Shown piece by piece: positions 1 to 11,239 of a DNA stretch of 64,000 nt. The notes under the pieces were generated by a model. It was not told where the DNA came from, did not search any database, and saw only the letters and a list, made by a program, of their open reading frames with translations. The stretch's first letter is position 1, and the number at the start of each line of letters is the position of its first letter. Position numbers and translations under genes: made by a program. The stretch comes from Histomonas meleagridis 2922-C6/04-290x (Eukaryota; Protista; Parabasalia), in assembly GCA_020184695.1 (NCBI GenBank), contig JAANOX010000279.1:186001-250000 (forward strand). The letters are read 5' to 3'.

Positions 1-1898
1 TACAGAAGCATCTACGTCATATTGTTACCAAAAAAGAGACTTCTTTTCAATTCATTGATGACACTTTCTTTGATATTGTTTCTTCATTACATCCATCTGA
101 TTCCGAAAAATTCTTCCAAGCTCTCCTTGACCCCCTCACACCAATCGAGCTATCAAGCGCTTCTAAATTCGCTAAAGTCACAATCTTTTCGCCATACCAA
201 GAAGACCCATCAATGACCGTTTACTATAGTCCGCTCATTTTGAATTCTATCGGCACGTCGCCACTTTTCAACCCGTGTCAGAAGCTATATCATGATCTTG
301 CTCGTTCTCAATCGTTTACCAAGAGTGGGTATATGAAAGATGCTAATCTAGCCGAGCGCCTTAATCTTGTTAAGTCACTTCCACCATTAGCTGATGTTTC
401 TTCTTACAAAGATCTTTTACGTACGTTTTATCATGAATGTCTTAATGACCAAGCGTTGTTACCAGCATTATTCCGTTCGATTAAATGGGATGAAGATGAA
501 GCTAATCAAGTTTTAGAAGAATTAAAAACATTTGAAACAATTGATATCGAATATGCTCTCGAATTCTTTACTAATCGTTATGAAATACAACCGATACGAG
601 AATTTGCTGTACGATGTATCTCTAAGGTCCCACGAGAAGAACTTCAACTTTACATTCCACAGATATTGCAGGCGGTTAAACAACGATACACAAACGGTCT
701 CACCGAAATTTTATTGAGTCATGCGAAAGAAGACGTTTTGTTTGCGTCGTACTTATATTGGAACGCTTCTATTGAAAAGGATGACGAGAAAATAGGCGCA
801 TTATATAATTCTCTTCTAGAAACTGTATCAGAAGAAGTTCATGAGTCATTAATGCTTCAAACAAATCTGATACAATCAGTTGAAAAATTCCTTAAAGCTG
901 CACAAGAAGGAAGTAAAACACCACAAGCAGTAAAGGATAAGGCAACAAAGCTATTGTTGGAAGACCCAGAACATTCGAAACTTCAACATTTTACAAGAAC
1001 AAGATTACCATTTAAACCTGAATTGTTTACTGTAGGAATTAACCCGAATAATATTAGATGCTTCCAGTCTAAGTTAAAGCCTGTAATGTTAGATTTCATA
1101 ATTGACGATGGAACTGATTTCAAAGTTATATTCAAGATTGGCGATGACATGAGACAAGATCAATTAATCATCCAACTGTTTAGAGTGATGGATACTATTT
1201 TCAAGAATGCATCTTTAGACCTTTTAATTACACCATATGCAACTCTTGCATTTTCTGCATCTTTTGGATGTTGCGAATTTGTTGAAAATTCGAAGGCTAT
1301 ACGTGATATTAAAGATAGTGAGACTGGTCCTAAGACGATTCGAGGTTTTCTTGAAGAAGAATCTAATTGTTGTAATTTTACCATTCAAGAAAAGATTGAG
1401 CGGTTCACCAAGTCATTAGCCGCTTATTGTGTGATGACTTATGTCCTTAAAATAGGTGACCGACATGATAACAACATCCTCGTGACGAGGGATGGCCGTT
1501 TGCTCCACATCGACTACGGTTACATCCTTGGTGATGTGACAAAACCGTTTACGCCACCGTTAAAATTGAGTCAAGAAATGGTTGATGTGATTGGGCCCGA
1601 TGGCTTGGATCAGATATGTAATTGGGCTGGCCCTGCGTTTAACAGCTTAAGGAAGAGGGCGAGATTGATACTTGTGTTGATTGAATTGATGTTTACCGCA
1701 CCATTAAATTGTTTTAAAGAAGACCCTTTTAGTAGATTACATAAGGTGGAAAATAACTTGCAGCTGAATTGTTCCGAAATAGAAGCATTTAACGTGTTGA
1801 AACAAGCTTTCTCAAACTCACTTAACTCAATGGCACAGAAACTATGGGAGGCTGTGCACGGTATGGCTATAACTGCAACAGCACCTTCATCGCAATGA
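1..1898 (+). CDS. VPS34: Class III phosphatidylinositol 3-kinase (Vps34-like), 5' truncated by window edge
   Basis: The 561-aa ORF frame stays open from position 3. It has a PIK helical domain (LQLYIPQILQA), IFKIGDDMRQDQL, catalytic KIGDRHDNN and HIDYGYILG motifs. Confidence 0.88.
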   Translation, partial: QKHLRHIVTKKETSFQFIDDTFFDIVSSLHPSDSEKFFQALLDPLTPIELSSASKFAKVTIFSPYQEDPSMTVYYSPLILNSIGTSPLFNPCQKLYHDLARSQSFTKSGYMKDANLAERLNLVKSLPPLADVSSYKDLLRTFYHECLNDQALLPALFRSIKWDEDEANQVLEELKTFETIDIEYALEFFTNRYEIQPIREFAVRCISKVPREELQLYIPQILQAVKQRYTNGLTEILLSHAKEDVLFASYLYWNASIEKDDEKIGALYNSLLETVSEEVHESLMLQTNLIQSVEKFLKAAQEGSKTPQAVKDKATKLLLEDPEHSKLQHFTRTRLPFKPELFTVGINPNNIRCFQSKLKPVMLDFIIDDGTDFKVIFKIGDDMRQDQLIIQLFRVMDTIFKNASLDLLITPYATLAFSASFGCCEFVENSKAIRDIKDSETGPKTIRGFLEEESNCCNFTIQEKIERFTKSLAAYCVMTYVLKIGDRHDNNILVTRDGRLLHIDYGYILGDVTKPFTPPLKLSQEMVDVIGPDGLDQICNWAGPAFNSLRKRARLILVLIELMFTAPLNCFKEDPFSRLHKVENNLQLNCSEIEAFNVLKQAFSNSLNSMAQKLWEAVHGMAITATAPSSQ

Positions 1899-2519
1899 GA
1901 TGCGAACAGTAGAATTGTGACCAAAATATCAAATAAAACGTTTTTGCATATTGTTTTGTTTGTTGATTTGCATTAAATAAAAAGAATTTGATATCTGAAA
2001 AAGAGATAATTTGTTATATTTATTTTATGGATTTAAAAATGATTTTAATCAATAGTTCATTTTCGATATGATAAAATTTCACTTATTGAATTGCTTCTTA
2101 TGTTAATCCGTCATCAGTAATGTATGTTAGCATCATATTGGTATGAATTTTTACTGTCTAAAAACCTCTTAAAATAAGTTCTTATAGTGAAATCAAGAAG
2201 CATTAATAACACCACATTCCATCTTAAAAACGTTGTTATTTTTAACACTTCGCACAAATTGTTACCAAAACAATATCAGATTTTTCAGGTAGCTTAAAAA
2301 ATATAAAATAAATATTGAAATGTTATATAATAAACACAAATAAAAACACATTTATAAACATTTATAAATAATGCTAAAAATGTCATAACAATTACTATAA
2401 AAAAGGTACTTTTTCTATGACTATACAGTTTTCGAAGAGATGAAATAAATTGGATTAAAATTGTTTACTTAATTTGTTTTAGTGTTATTCTTAGCAAAGT
2501 AAACAATTAAATAATTTTT

Positions 2520-5500
2520 TTATTTGGAAAGAAGATTAATGTCTTCTTGAGTCAATGGAAGATAATCACTTAGTGTTTTAAATATTTAAAATCGATTCCA
2601 AACAATATATTAAAACCTTAAAATATTGAAACAAACATTAAATAAATAAATTTTATATCTTTAAGACTAAAATCGATTCCTTTATGAGTGAGAAGTAATT
2701 GAATAATTTCAGCATTCTCAAATTTAGCTGCATACATAAGTGCTGTTTTAAATAATTTGCATGATTTCCAAATATTGTCTTGAAATCGTAAATAATTGAA
2801 ATAAATATTAAATAAAACAATTTAATATCTTGAATATTGACATCAATTCCTTTTTGCTCGAGAAGTAACTTAACACCTTTTGACTTTTCTCGTTTAGTTA
2901 ATATGATAAGTGCTGTTTCAAATAAATTAAATAATTTCCGAATAATTTTTGGAAACTTTAAATAATTTTTTGAAATCTTAAATAATACAAAAAAATATTT
3001 TGAGCATTAACATCAAGACCTTCTTTTTGGGTAAGTAATTGAATAACTTTAACTTTAGCACTTTTAGCTGCACGTAATAATGGAGTTGCAAATAATAAAC
3101 AGAAACTCCAATTAAAATTATGAAATTTTAAATTATTAAAATAAATTTCAAATCATTCAAAAAAATATTTTTAATATTGACATTAATATCTTTATGATCA
3201 ATCAGTAATTTAACTATATCAAAATCACTATCGAATAATGCTATCAAAAGTGCTGATTCAAATAATTTTAATGATTTCCAAATATTATGTTGAAATCACA
3301 AATTATTACAACAAATATCATATAAAGCAAATAAATATCTTGCGCATTAACATCAATTCCGTCTTTTTCAAGAAGTAATTTAATCATTTCAATATTACCA
3401 GAAAAGACTGCTTCCATAAGCGCTGTTTGAAAAAATTTAAACAATTTCCTAATAATATATTGAAACGTTAATTTAATAATATAAATATCATATAAAACAA
3501 ATAAATATCTTGTGCATTAACATCAAAATCTTTTTGTTCAAGAAGTAATTTAGCAAATTCATTTTTTTCATGTTCAATAGCATGAACAATTGGTAAAGAA
3601 AATATTATGAATAATTTCTAAATAATATTATTAAATCCAAAATGATTAATACAAATTTCAATAATAATAAAAAAACTTTAATTACAGAATTTATATTTTC
3701 TTTTCGTACAAGTGCTAATAATAAATCAGGATCGCCTTTTTCAAATACTAAATCCATGAATGGCTTAAATAAAGTAAATAAATTCCAAATATAATATTGA
3801 AATAAAAAATAATCAAAGCAAATTGAAAACATTATAAATTAATAGCTGTAACATGGATGTTGATGTCTTTATGCTCAAGAAGTAATTTAAATATTTCATT
3901 ACAACCATTTTCAAATGCAAATAACAATGGTGTCCCAAAAATTTTAAATTAATACGAAATATTATTTTGAAATAGAAAATTAGTATATTTGACTTTTTCA
4001 ATATTAACATCAATTCCTTCATGCTCAAGAAGTAATTTTACCAATTCTATATTATTATTTTTAATTGCAATAAACAGTGGTGAATAAAATATTTAAAATA
4101 ATTATCAAATATTATTTTAAAATATAAAATTATTGAATTAAATATCAAACATGTTAAACAAATGGCAGCATTATTAACATCAATTCCTTTCTGTTGAAGA
4201 AGTAATTTAACAACATCTATAGCACCAGAATTACAAGCAGCTTTTAATGGTGTCTTAAATAATATAATAAAATACCAAAAAATTAATTAAATAAACAAAC
4301 TCACAATTGACATCAACGTCATTCCTTTCAAGAAATGATTTAACTTCATCTAATTTCGAATTTTCGCATGCATCAATGAAATGTTGTTTAAATAATCTAT
4401 AAAAACAAGAAAATATTGAAACAAAAATCAAAATTATGCCTTTCAATCTCACTTTTAATTTTTTCAGCAAAATTTGGATGATCACTTTCTAGTGCATGCA
4501 TAACAGCAGTTTTAAATATTATAAAAAAACACCGAATTTTATTTTGATATATTAAATAATAAAAATATATTTTAAATTAAATTAAAAAATGTCTTTGGTT
4601 TCCGTATCAACTCTTTTATTTGTACGAAAGAAAGTAGATAAATTCAAATTGTTCCCGCTTTTAGCTATAAACATTAGAGCTGTTAAGAAAACAATGAATA
4701 AATTCCAAAAATGATTACCAAATATCAAATCATTAAAATGAATTTTAATACTATCAAATAAATATTCTTTGCATTTAGATCAATATTATCTTCTTTAAGG
4801 AGATCTGAAATAAAGGAAAATGAATCTTGTTCTGCAGCATACATAAGACATGTATTAAATAATTTTAATGAATTCCAAATATAATTTATAAACATTAAAT
4901 TAAAACAGTAAATTTCAAATGTATTGAAGAAACATCTTTAGCATTTACATCAAATCCTTTTTTTTTCATAAGTGCATCGAAAGATTGTATATTTCCATTT
5001 TTGATTGCATGATGAATGGCTAACATATTATCTTATAAGAAATTCCAAATCTAAAAATGATATATGAAATTTTTGAAAAAAATATTAAATGTTTGAAATT
5101 CATATCTTTGGCATTAATGTCAATTCCTTCTTGGTCAAGAAGTAATTGAGTAATTTGATAGCGATATGTTTCAGCTGCCCACATAAGTGCTGTTTTAAAT
5201 AATTTAAATAATTTCCAAATATAGTTTTGAATTATCAAATTTTTAATTTGATCTTTAAATAAAGTGTTTAAATATCTTTAGCATTAATGTCAATTCCTTT
5301 ATCCTCAAGAAGCTCTTTAATTTTGTTTAAGTTTTTAAGTTTAACAGCATTTATTAAGGGAGGATCATATAAAGAAAAAATATATTAAATGATCAAAATA
5401 ATCTTCAAATAAATTAAATAAATGTCAATGGCGGCATTTTTATATATTTCTGATTCACTAAAAGAGTCAGTATCAGAACTATCAGAAGTATAACTCGTGA

Positions 5501-5522
5501 TACTACTACTGTATGAGCTCAT
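2520..5522 (-). CDS. Multi-ankyrin-repeat protein (about 612 aa if inserts are removed), split into 19 segments by 18 non-GT-AG inserts
   Basis: ATG at 5522, preceded by Inr-like TCACA. Segments of 30-34 codons mostly read as ankyrin repeats (e.g. FKTALMWAAETYRYQITQLLLDQEGIDINAKDM, FGTPLLFAFENGCNEIFKLLLEHKDINIHVTAI). The last segment FKTLSDYLPLTQEDINLLSK ends in TAA at 2522-2520. No stop codon in any coding segment (manual translation). Confidence 0.8.
2583..5420 (-). other. Array of 18 intron-like inserts in the ankyrin gene
   Basis: Operational boundaries lie between the I/V/M codon after AKD and the F-equivalent codon two before TA/TP (a few nt of slide possible). 71 nt: 5200-5270, 5030-5100, 4860-4930, 4690-4760, 4517-4587, 4090-4160, 3770-3840, 3603-3673, 3433-3503, 3263-3333, 3093-3163, 2923-2993, 2753-2823, 2583-2653. 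51 nt: 5370-5420, 3940-3990. 34 nt: 4260-4293 and about 4393-4426 (inferred). Confidence 0.8.
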
Positions 5523-5535
5523 TTATTGATGTGAG
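5523..5535 (-). promoter_or_regulatory. Initiator (Inr)-like element upstream of the ankyrin gene ATG
   Basis: Sense strand TCACATCAATAA-ATG; matches the trichomonad Inr consensus TCA(T/C)(T/A) within about 12 nt of the ATG. Confidence 0.5.
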
Positions 5536-5849
5536 GTGAGCCACAAATTTTGTGTTGGGTTAAATAACCGCATCCCATTTTTTCTATGTTAAATGATCGA
5601 AAAACACTTTTTTCAATGGCTGTTGCAACAACGATGCATCGTTTTTGGGGCACCCCCGGATGATCATTATTGAATAGTTTATATTCCACGTTAAAGATTT
5701 CAACCGTCAAAAATTCACCTCTCGGCCAAGGGGAAAAATGACGGTTGTAAGCTTTCAATTCGAAGAGCACACAAACAATTCAAAAAGTTTTTGACTTTGC
5801 ATTGAGGTGTCAATATCGTTTTTTCCTTTCTGCTTCTGAAATATTTTCG

Positions 5850-6371
5850 ATGTTTTCTTTAATGTACTTTACAATACTGAGTTTTAACCTCTTAAGTGAT
5901 CAAAATCAGGCATCATATTTTTTTGAATGTGATGGATTTTTAGTTTATTCTAATTTTTCACAAAAATCAGAAAATGTAAAAATTCCCAAAAAATTTATTG
6001 CAAAATGTAAAAATTCATTATCTTCAAAGAAGGTTTTAGAAAACTCACCTTTTCTTGTCTATAATGAACCAGATTTAATGAATATCATTGATAATATTGT
6101 ATACATAAATAAAACAAAGAATGGACAAATAGAGCCACTTCCAGGTTATTTATTTTCAGGTATTTCTTTTTATGCAGGAACTAAAAACGTTATGATTCAA
6201 GCACCACAACGTGTTTACGATTTACAAATTGAATTAAATTTCTCTCTTAATAACTCAGAAGAAATTATTTCATCAATTGGTACTCTCCATGGAATTGCAG
6301 GTCAATTTGATCTACCACCTTTCATCATGAAAAATATAGAGTTCCATTTGACCATATGTTTTAAGACATAG
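5850..6371 (+). CDS. Hypothetical protein with hydrophobic N-terminus (possible signal peptide)
   Basis: Open frame 5802-6371; first ATG at 5850 (MFSLMYFTILSFNLL); no recognised family. Confidence 0.55.
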   Translation: MFSLMYFTILSFNLLSDQNQASYFFECDGFLVYSNFSQKSENVKIPKKFIAKCKNSLSSKKVLENSPFLVYNEPDLMNIIDNIVYINKTKNGQIEPLPGYLFSGISFYAGTKNVMIQAPQRVYDLQIELNFSLNNSEEIISSIGTLHGIAGQFDLPPFIMKNIEFHLTICFKT

Positions 6372-6649
6372 TTTTCATTATTATTTACAAAAAAATTTTA
6401 AATCAAATGAAAAACATAAAAATTGATAAAGAATTTGGTAATAGAATTAGAATAATTATTCGGTAATGATAAATATAATAAAGCTATTAATGGATTTAAA
6501 TATTTTGGAGCGTGAAAAGTTGTTATGAAATTCAATTTTAAAAATGTTAAAGATAATGAAAAATAAATGTTTTACCATTAACATGTTACAAACATTGGAA
6601 CACAAGAAAAACATTTAACAGAACTTAATATTAAATATGTTAAACTTTA

Positions 6650-7618
6650 TTACTGATTCTTTGATTTTAACTTTGCAAAATGCCTTTCTACAACTTCAAC
6701 CGGAAGCGCGTATACTGGATCCATCTTTGGAACTCCATATTCCTTAAGTTTATCAAACAACGAAAGCCCAGCAATGCCAAGGAACGTATGGAATGGGTCT
6801 GCAAAGTTTCCAGGGCGATCACCGATTCCACCATCTTCAGCATCTTGTGAAGAAAGCACGAATTCCTGCAATTTGTCGGCGTCGACCCATTTCTGCTTCC
6901 CAATCATTGCTATTGACGCGCCAACCCACCACGAGTAGCAAACATCGGGAAGCTTCTCAGGGCGACCGTTAAAACCGCCCTTTGGATCTTGTCTTTCTGA
7001 AAGCCAAAACCCGAGAGATTCGTGGTCTATTTTGTCGATTGCGTTACAGATCGAAAGGGATGTAAGGACTGTAAGTACTTGGCCTGCATGTGACTCACAA
7101 CCTTCAACTACACCAAATCCTCCATCGAAATTTTGGCATTTGATAAGCCATTCAACAGCTTTGTCAACATTGACGGCATCTAAATGTCCTAATAATGCAA
7201 GACTGGCTAATGCACAATATGAAAATCGTGTATCAACTTCTCCCCATTTATCACCCATAAATGAACCATCTTCAAGTTGTAATGTCTTGACCCATGAGAC
7301 TACTTTGTCGGAATCAATGCGATCAAGACAATCAAATAAAATTAATACTTGGATCCCTGATAAGGTTTGATGAATGTGTGGATCATTTCCAACATTGCCT
7401 GCAATTCCTCCTTCAGGTGTTTGGCAGCTGACTATGTAGTCAACTATTTCTTCTTTGTTGACTTTGTCAATTCCGCCAAGAAGATAAAGAGCTGAAAGTC
7501 CCCAGTAATAAGTATTTGTACGAATTGGGTAGGTCTTCATTTGTTCGAGTGAATCCTTGTCATTTAATAACTTTAGAAGAAAATTAATGTGCTTCTCTTT
7601 GAGTAAAACAGTGCCCAT
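6650..7618 (-). CDS. RABGGTB: Rab geranylgeranyltransferase beta subunit
   Basis: Prenyltransferase repeats: [45 protein letters not shown]. Likely ATG at 7618 ([10 protein letters not shown]). Confidence 0.93.
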   Translation of the reverse strand: MGTVLLKEKHINFLLKLLNDKDSLEQMKTYPIRTNTYYWGLSALYLLGGIDKVNKEEIVDYIVSCQTPEGGIAGNVGNDPHIHQTLSGIQVLILFDCLDRIDSDKVVSWVKTLQLEDGSFMGDKWGEVDTRFSYCALASLALLGHLDAVNVDKAVEWLIKCQNFDGGFGVVEGCESHAGQVLTVLTSLSICNAIDKIDHESLGFWLSERQDPKGGFNGRPEKLPDVCYSWWVGASIAMIGKQKWVDADKLQEFVLSSQDAEDGGIGDRPGNFADPFHTFLGIAGLSLFDKLKEYGVPKMDPVYALPVEVVERHFAKLKSKNQ

Positions 7619-7625
7619 TTTAAAA

Positions 7626-7661
7626 AACCGTTTTCGTTTGAACAAAACCGTCAAAAGTGAC
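7626..7661. promoter_or_regulatory. M3-like (AACCGT, twice) and M2-like (AAAGTGAC) core promoter motifs upstream of RABGGTB
   Basis: AACCGT at 7626 and 7646; AAAGTGAC at 7654. AACCGT recurs near other starts (18838, 20278, 23653, 33925) and AAAGTGAC at 20306. They resemble motifs described for Trichomonas vaginalis promoters. Confidence 0.5.
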
Positions 7662-7952
7662 ATATAAAATGTTTTGTATCAGCTTCTGTGCATTTAAAGC
7701 TCTTTTTCATTAATTTGCTTGATAATAAACAATCATGCCATGATAAGGTTTGTATATCTATGATTCCCAAATAAATGTAAATAATTAAAAAATTTGGAAT
7801 TAAATTTAAATATACTCAAGTGAACAATATTAAACAAGTAGGATGTGGATTTGCTTCAATGATTGATATTTTATATGAATGTTCCGATTATTTTCTTGAA
7901 AAAAAGATCTTATTTTTAAACGGCCTTCTTTTATAAACGTACATCGAAACTT

Positions 7953-10103
7953 ATGTCTGGCTTGCATCAATATGTAACATTAGATGCAAGCACAATAGAA
8001 AGGAAAGCAAGGAAGAAAAGAAAACCAGGTTTTAAAGAAAATCAAGAAAATTTTACCGGCGGTATATTATCTCCATTTTATCCAAAATCTCAGCAATACA
8101 ATTTTATAGGGTTGGATGTGCAGGATAGCAATCGACCTCTCCTTGTTTTCCCAGATGGACATATTTTTTTAGAAACATTTTCCCCATTTTTTAAACAAGC
8201 AAATGATTTTGTTCAACAAATTGCAGAACAACTCACAGATTCTCAATACATTCACGAGTTTCAAATCACTCCTCATTCGATTTTACATGCACTCTCCAAT
8301 GAAATAACAGAAGAAACAATAATTCGGACTCTCGAATTATTTAGTCGAATTCCAATAGCAGACGATCTAAAAACAATGATCACAAGTACTTCTGGAACAG
8401 CGGGCAATATTATAATTATTGAAAGTAATGATAGATTTTTCATTCAATGTTCAGAAAATCCCATTTTCGAATATCTTCGTTCAACACTTTCAGCATTTAT
8501 ACCCGAGAAAGATCCAAACAAAGATTACTTTGAGATACGAGACCAAACTATTCTTCCATTTCTGATATCTGGTATTGGTATTACTTCTTTTGATTCTCAA
8601 AACTCAATAATTCGTAGATTTGAAGTCGATTCGACCAATGTTGAAAATGTCAAAAAAGAATTACGTCAAAACCTAAAAATTCCATTTATTGAAGAGTTTG
8701 ATTTTGTAACTATGAACTCAAAACTTGACATTGAACTTGCTCATGAATTTAAGTTAATGTCATATCAACAAAGTGCTATAGTTAACACATTTAAAGATGG
8801 ATTTGCGAAAAATGGCTTCATTGTTTTACCATATGGAACAGGTAAAACCATTGTTGGTATATCCATTTTATGCACAATGAAAGTTTCCACGCTTATTTTT
8901 TGCGAAACAAAAAAAGATTTGAATTATTGGTATAAAGAATTACAATACCGTACTAACATTAGCCCGAATTTACTCATTAAATATTCTCCAAATATAGTCA
9001 TAGAATATCCTGATGACCCATATATTTTAATTATCACATATTATGATTTTATGCGGAATCATAAAAAACATGGATTAAGTGGCCAACTTGCATCTGTTCA
9101 ATGGGGGCTGGCTCTACTTGATAACATCCAATGTTTTTTTTCACAGAAATCAATTTGTATTTTTGACATTGTGAAAATCAAAACTAAAATTGGATTGACA
9201 CCGACTCGTCTTAAATCAGATTTATCTGTTGTTGACTTTGAATCACTTATAGGCTCACAAATATATTCGACAACATTTTCTAATCTTATAAAAGAAGGGC
9301 TATTTCCTCAAGTTAATTGCTTCGAAGTATACTGTACTATGGCGAATATGTTTTATGGGTCATATCTCAAATCAAATTTAATCCTGAAAAAGCGTATATT
9401 ATCAATGCTTAATCCAAATAAATTTCGTACCGTTGAAAGATTAATTAAATATCATGAAGAAAGGAAAGACAAAATCATCGTTTATTCTGATGTTCCATTT
9501 GTTCTTGATTTATATCATAAGAAATTAGACGAACTCAACATAGAACGACCGTTAATTACTGGCAAAACGTTAAAAAGTGAACTTCAAAGACATATTGACA
9601 AGTTTACAAGCTCTCCGACCGTTAATTGCTTGTTTATTTCACGAGTTGCAGATAAGTCATTTGATTTTCCTACAGGTAATGTTTTAATCCAAATTTCATC
9701 ACATTTTAGTTCTGCTGATATTGAGATAAGAAGAATCAGCCATTTTTTAAGGCCGAAGCAAGGACAAAATAAAACATATTTTTATGCTGTTGTTAGTGAG
9801 GATACAAAAGAAATGTATTTCTCAAGAATTAGACAACAAGCTTTAAGGCAAAATGGTTTCGATGTAAATATCGTCAATAATCCAAGAAAAAAATGGAATG
9901 TTAAATCGAGATTACATTACTCAAAAATTAAAGAACAAAATGAATTGTTGGATGAATGTTCAAATGCACCAAAGGATTCGGGAATAATTGAACATTTCGA
10001 AGATGATGAGGAAAATATCGAAAATATTTTAAGAATTCCACAAAGTTTTGCTCCTTCAAAACCGAAAATAATGAACGCTTATAAGCCCCTACAGAATAAA
10101 TAA
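7953..10103 (+). CDS. XPB/Ssl2 (ERCC3)-like helicase paralog with degenerate motifs
   Basis: N-terminal XPB domain (PDGHIFLETFSP, IHEFQITPHSI), Walker A LPYGTGKT, MLNPNKFRTVERLIKYHEERKDKIIVYSD. Walker B reads LLDNIQ instead of LDEVH. Confidence 0.85.
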   Translation: MSGLHQYVTLDASTIERKARKKRKPGFKENQENFTGGILSPFYPKSQQYNFIGLDVQDSNRPLLVFPDGHIFLETFSPFFKQANDFVQQIAEQLTDSQYIHEFQITPHSILHALSNEITEETIIRTLELFSRIPIADDLKTMITSTSGTAGNIIIIESNDRFFIQCSENPIFEYLRSTLSAFIPEKDPNKDYFEIRDQTILPFLISGIGITSFDSQNSIIRRFEVDSTNVENVKKELRQNLKIPFIEEFDFVTMNSKLDIELAHEFKLMSYQQSAIVNTFKDGFAKNGFIVLPYGTGKTIVGISILCTMKVSTLIFCETKKDLNYWYKELQYRTNISPNLLIKYSPNIVIEYPDDPYILIITYYDFMRNHKKHGLSGQLASVQWGLALLDNIQCFFSQKSICIFDIVKIKTKIGLTPTRLKSDLSVVDFESLIGSQIYSTTFSNLIKEGLFPQVNCFEVYCTMANMFYGSYLKSNLILKKRILSMLNPNKFRTVERLIKYHEERKDKIIVYSDVPFVLDLYHKKLDELNIERPLITGKTLKSELQRHIDKFTSSPTVNCLFISRVADKSFDFPTGNVLIQISSHFSSADIEIRRISHFLRPKQGQNKTYFYAVVSEDTKEMYFSRIRQQALRQNGFDVNIVNNPRKKWNVKSRLHYSKIKEQNELLDECSNAPKDSGIIEHFEDDEENIENILRIPQSFAPSKPKIMNAYKPLQNK

Positions 10104-10139
10104 ATGTAAGTATTATTCTACTTTGGTTTTATTATTAAA

Positions 10140-10320
10140 AAAAACTTCAAAAATGATTTTGATAAAACAATTCATAATAATAAAATTTTTTAAAAATATT
10201 AAATATTCCCCGAATTACCTTTTTGCTCAAGAAGTAATTTTACGATTTATAAATGACCTCCATAAGATGTTAATATTAATATAAGTGGTGTATTAAATAA
10301 TTTACATAATTCCCAAACAG
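10140..10320 (-). pseudogene. Solitary decayed ankyrin repeat with flanking insert-like sequence
   Basis: Sense strand TTTGGGAATTATGTAAATTA-TTT AAT ACA CCA CTT (FNTPL...GGHL*IVKLLLEQKG); has an in-frame stop and truncated DINAKD. Confidence 0.65.
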
Positions 10321-10330
10321 AACAGCAATT

Positions 10331-11239
10331 TTGAAGTACTTTATCAAACCTCATCATATTATTTTAGGAGCATCAATAATTCAAGCTTTTATTCTTGTCA
10401 TTTTGATTAGTACAACAGTTTTTACATTTGTTTTTAATAAAAATTTGCATTTCCATCACCAACAAAATCAAATTGAAAACCAATGTAATTTTGTGTTTAC
10501 TACTGCAAGTTCTTTTTCATTTATTCATCTTGTTAACAACAAAAGTTTCAACACATTTGATGATCAACAAACTGTTAATATTTTGGCTAAAGCAAAAGAA
10601 AAATGTTACCAAACAGATTCATATAACTGCCAAACATTCTGCTGTATAAATGTCAGTAAAGGAACAGTCATTGATGAATGTCTCCCACCAACGCAATCGT
10701 TCAAACAATCGAACACATACTCATACACATTCACGAAGTCGAATACATTATTACCTTCGAATGTAACGCTGAAACTTTTGCTTACGAATTCATATTCCAT
10801 TACTGAAACTGTTACAATTTCTGGTTCATATTCTTACACATATGTTTTGACTTTAATTGGAGTTAGTTGTATATATGTCAGAACAGATTTAATTTATTAT
10901 GAATATATTGTGACTCGTTATTCGAAGTTACATAATTTTTATTAAAATTTTTATTCGAATTTCTTCACAATTATCGACATCATAAATCATGTTGAAAATG
11001 GTATTTCTCAAAAGGCTTTAATAGGTATTATCTGCGGCACAATAATTGCAGTTTTGCTGATTATGGGAATTGGCATATTTCTTGTGAAGAAATCAAAGAA
11101 AAGTAACAGCGAATTACCAGCGAATAAACAGCGATAAAATTCGAAACTAAAAATTCAACTGGAAGAGATATGAGATCAGATGAAGTAAATCAGGAAAAAA
11201 ATGAACTCGTGTTGGAAGACCGGGACCAATGGATATAAA
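10331..11239 (+). pseudogene. Disrupted surface-protein C-terminal half (S/T/Y-rich stalk, TM helix, cytosolic tail)
   Basis: The ORF 10331-10945 S/T/Y-rich stalk resembles the stalk of the BspA at 53835. After the stop, other frames give ALIGIICGTIIAVLLIMGIGIFLVKK (TM) and a tail ending EDRDQWI*. Confidence 0.6.
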
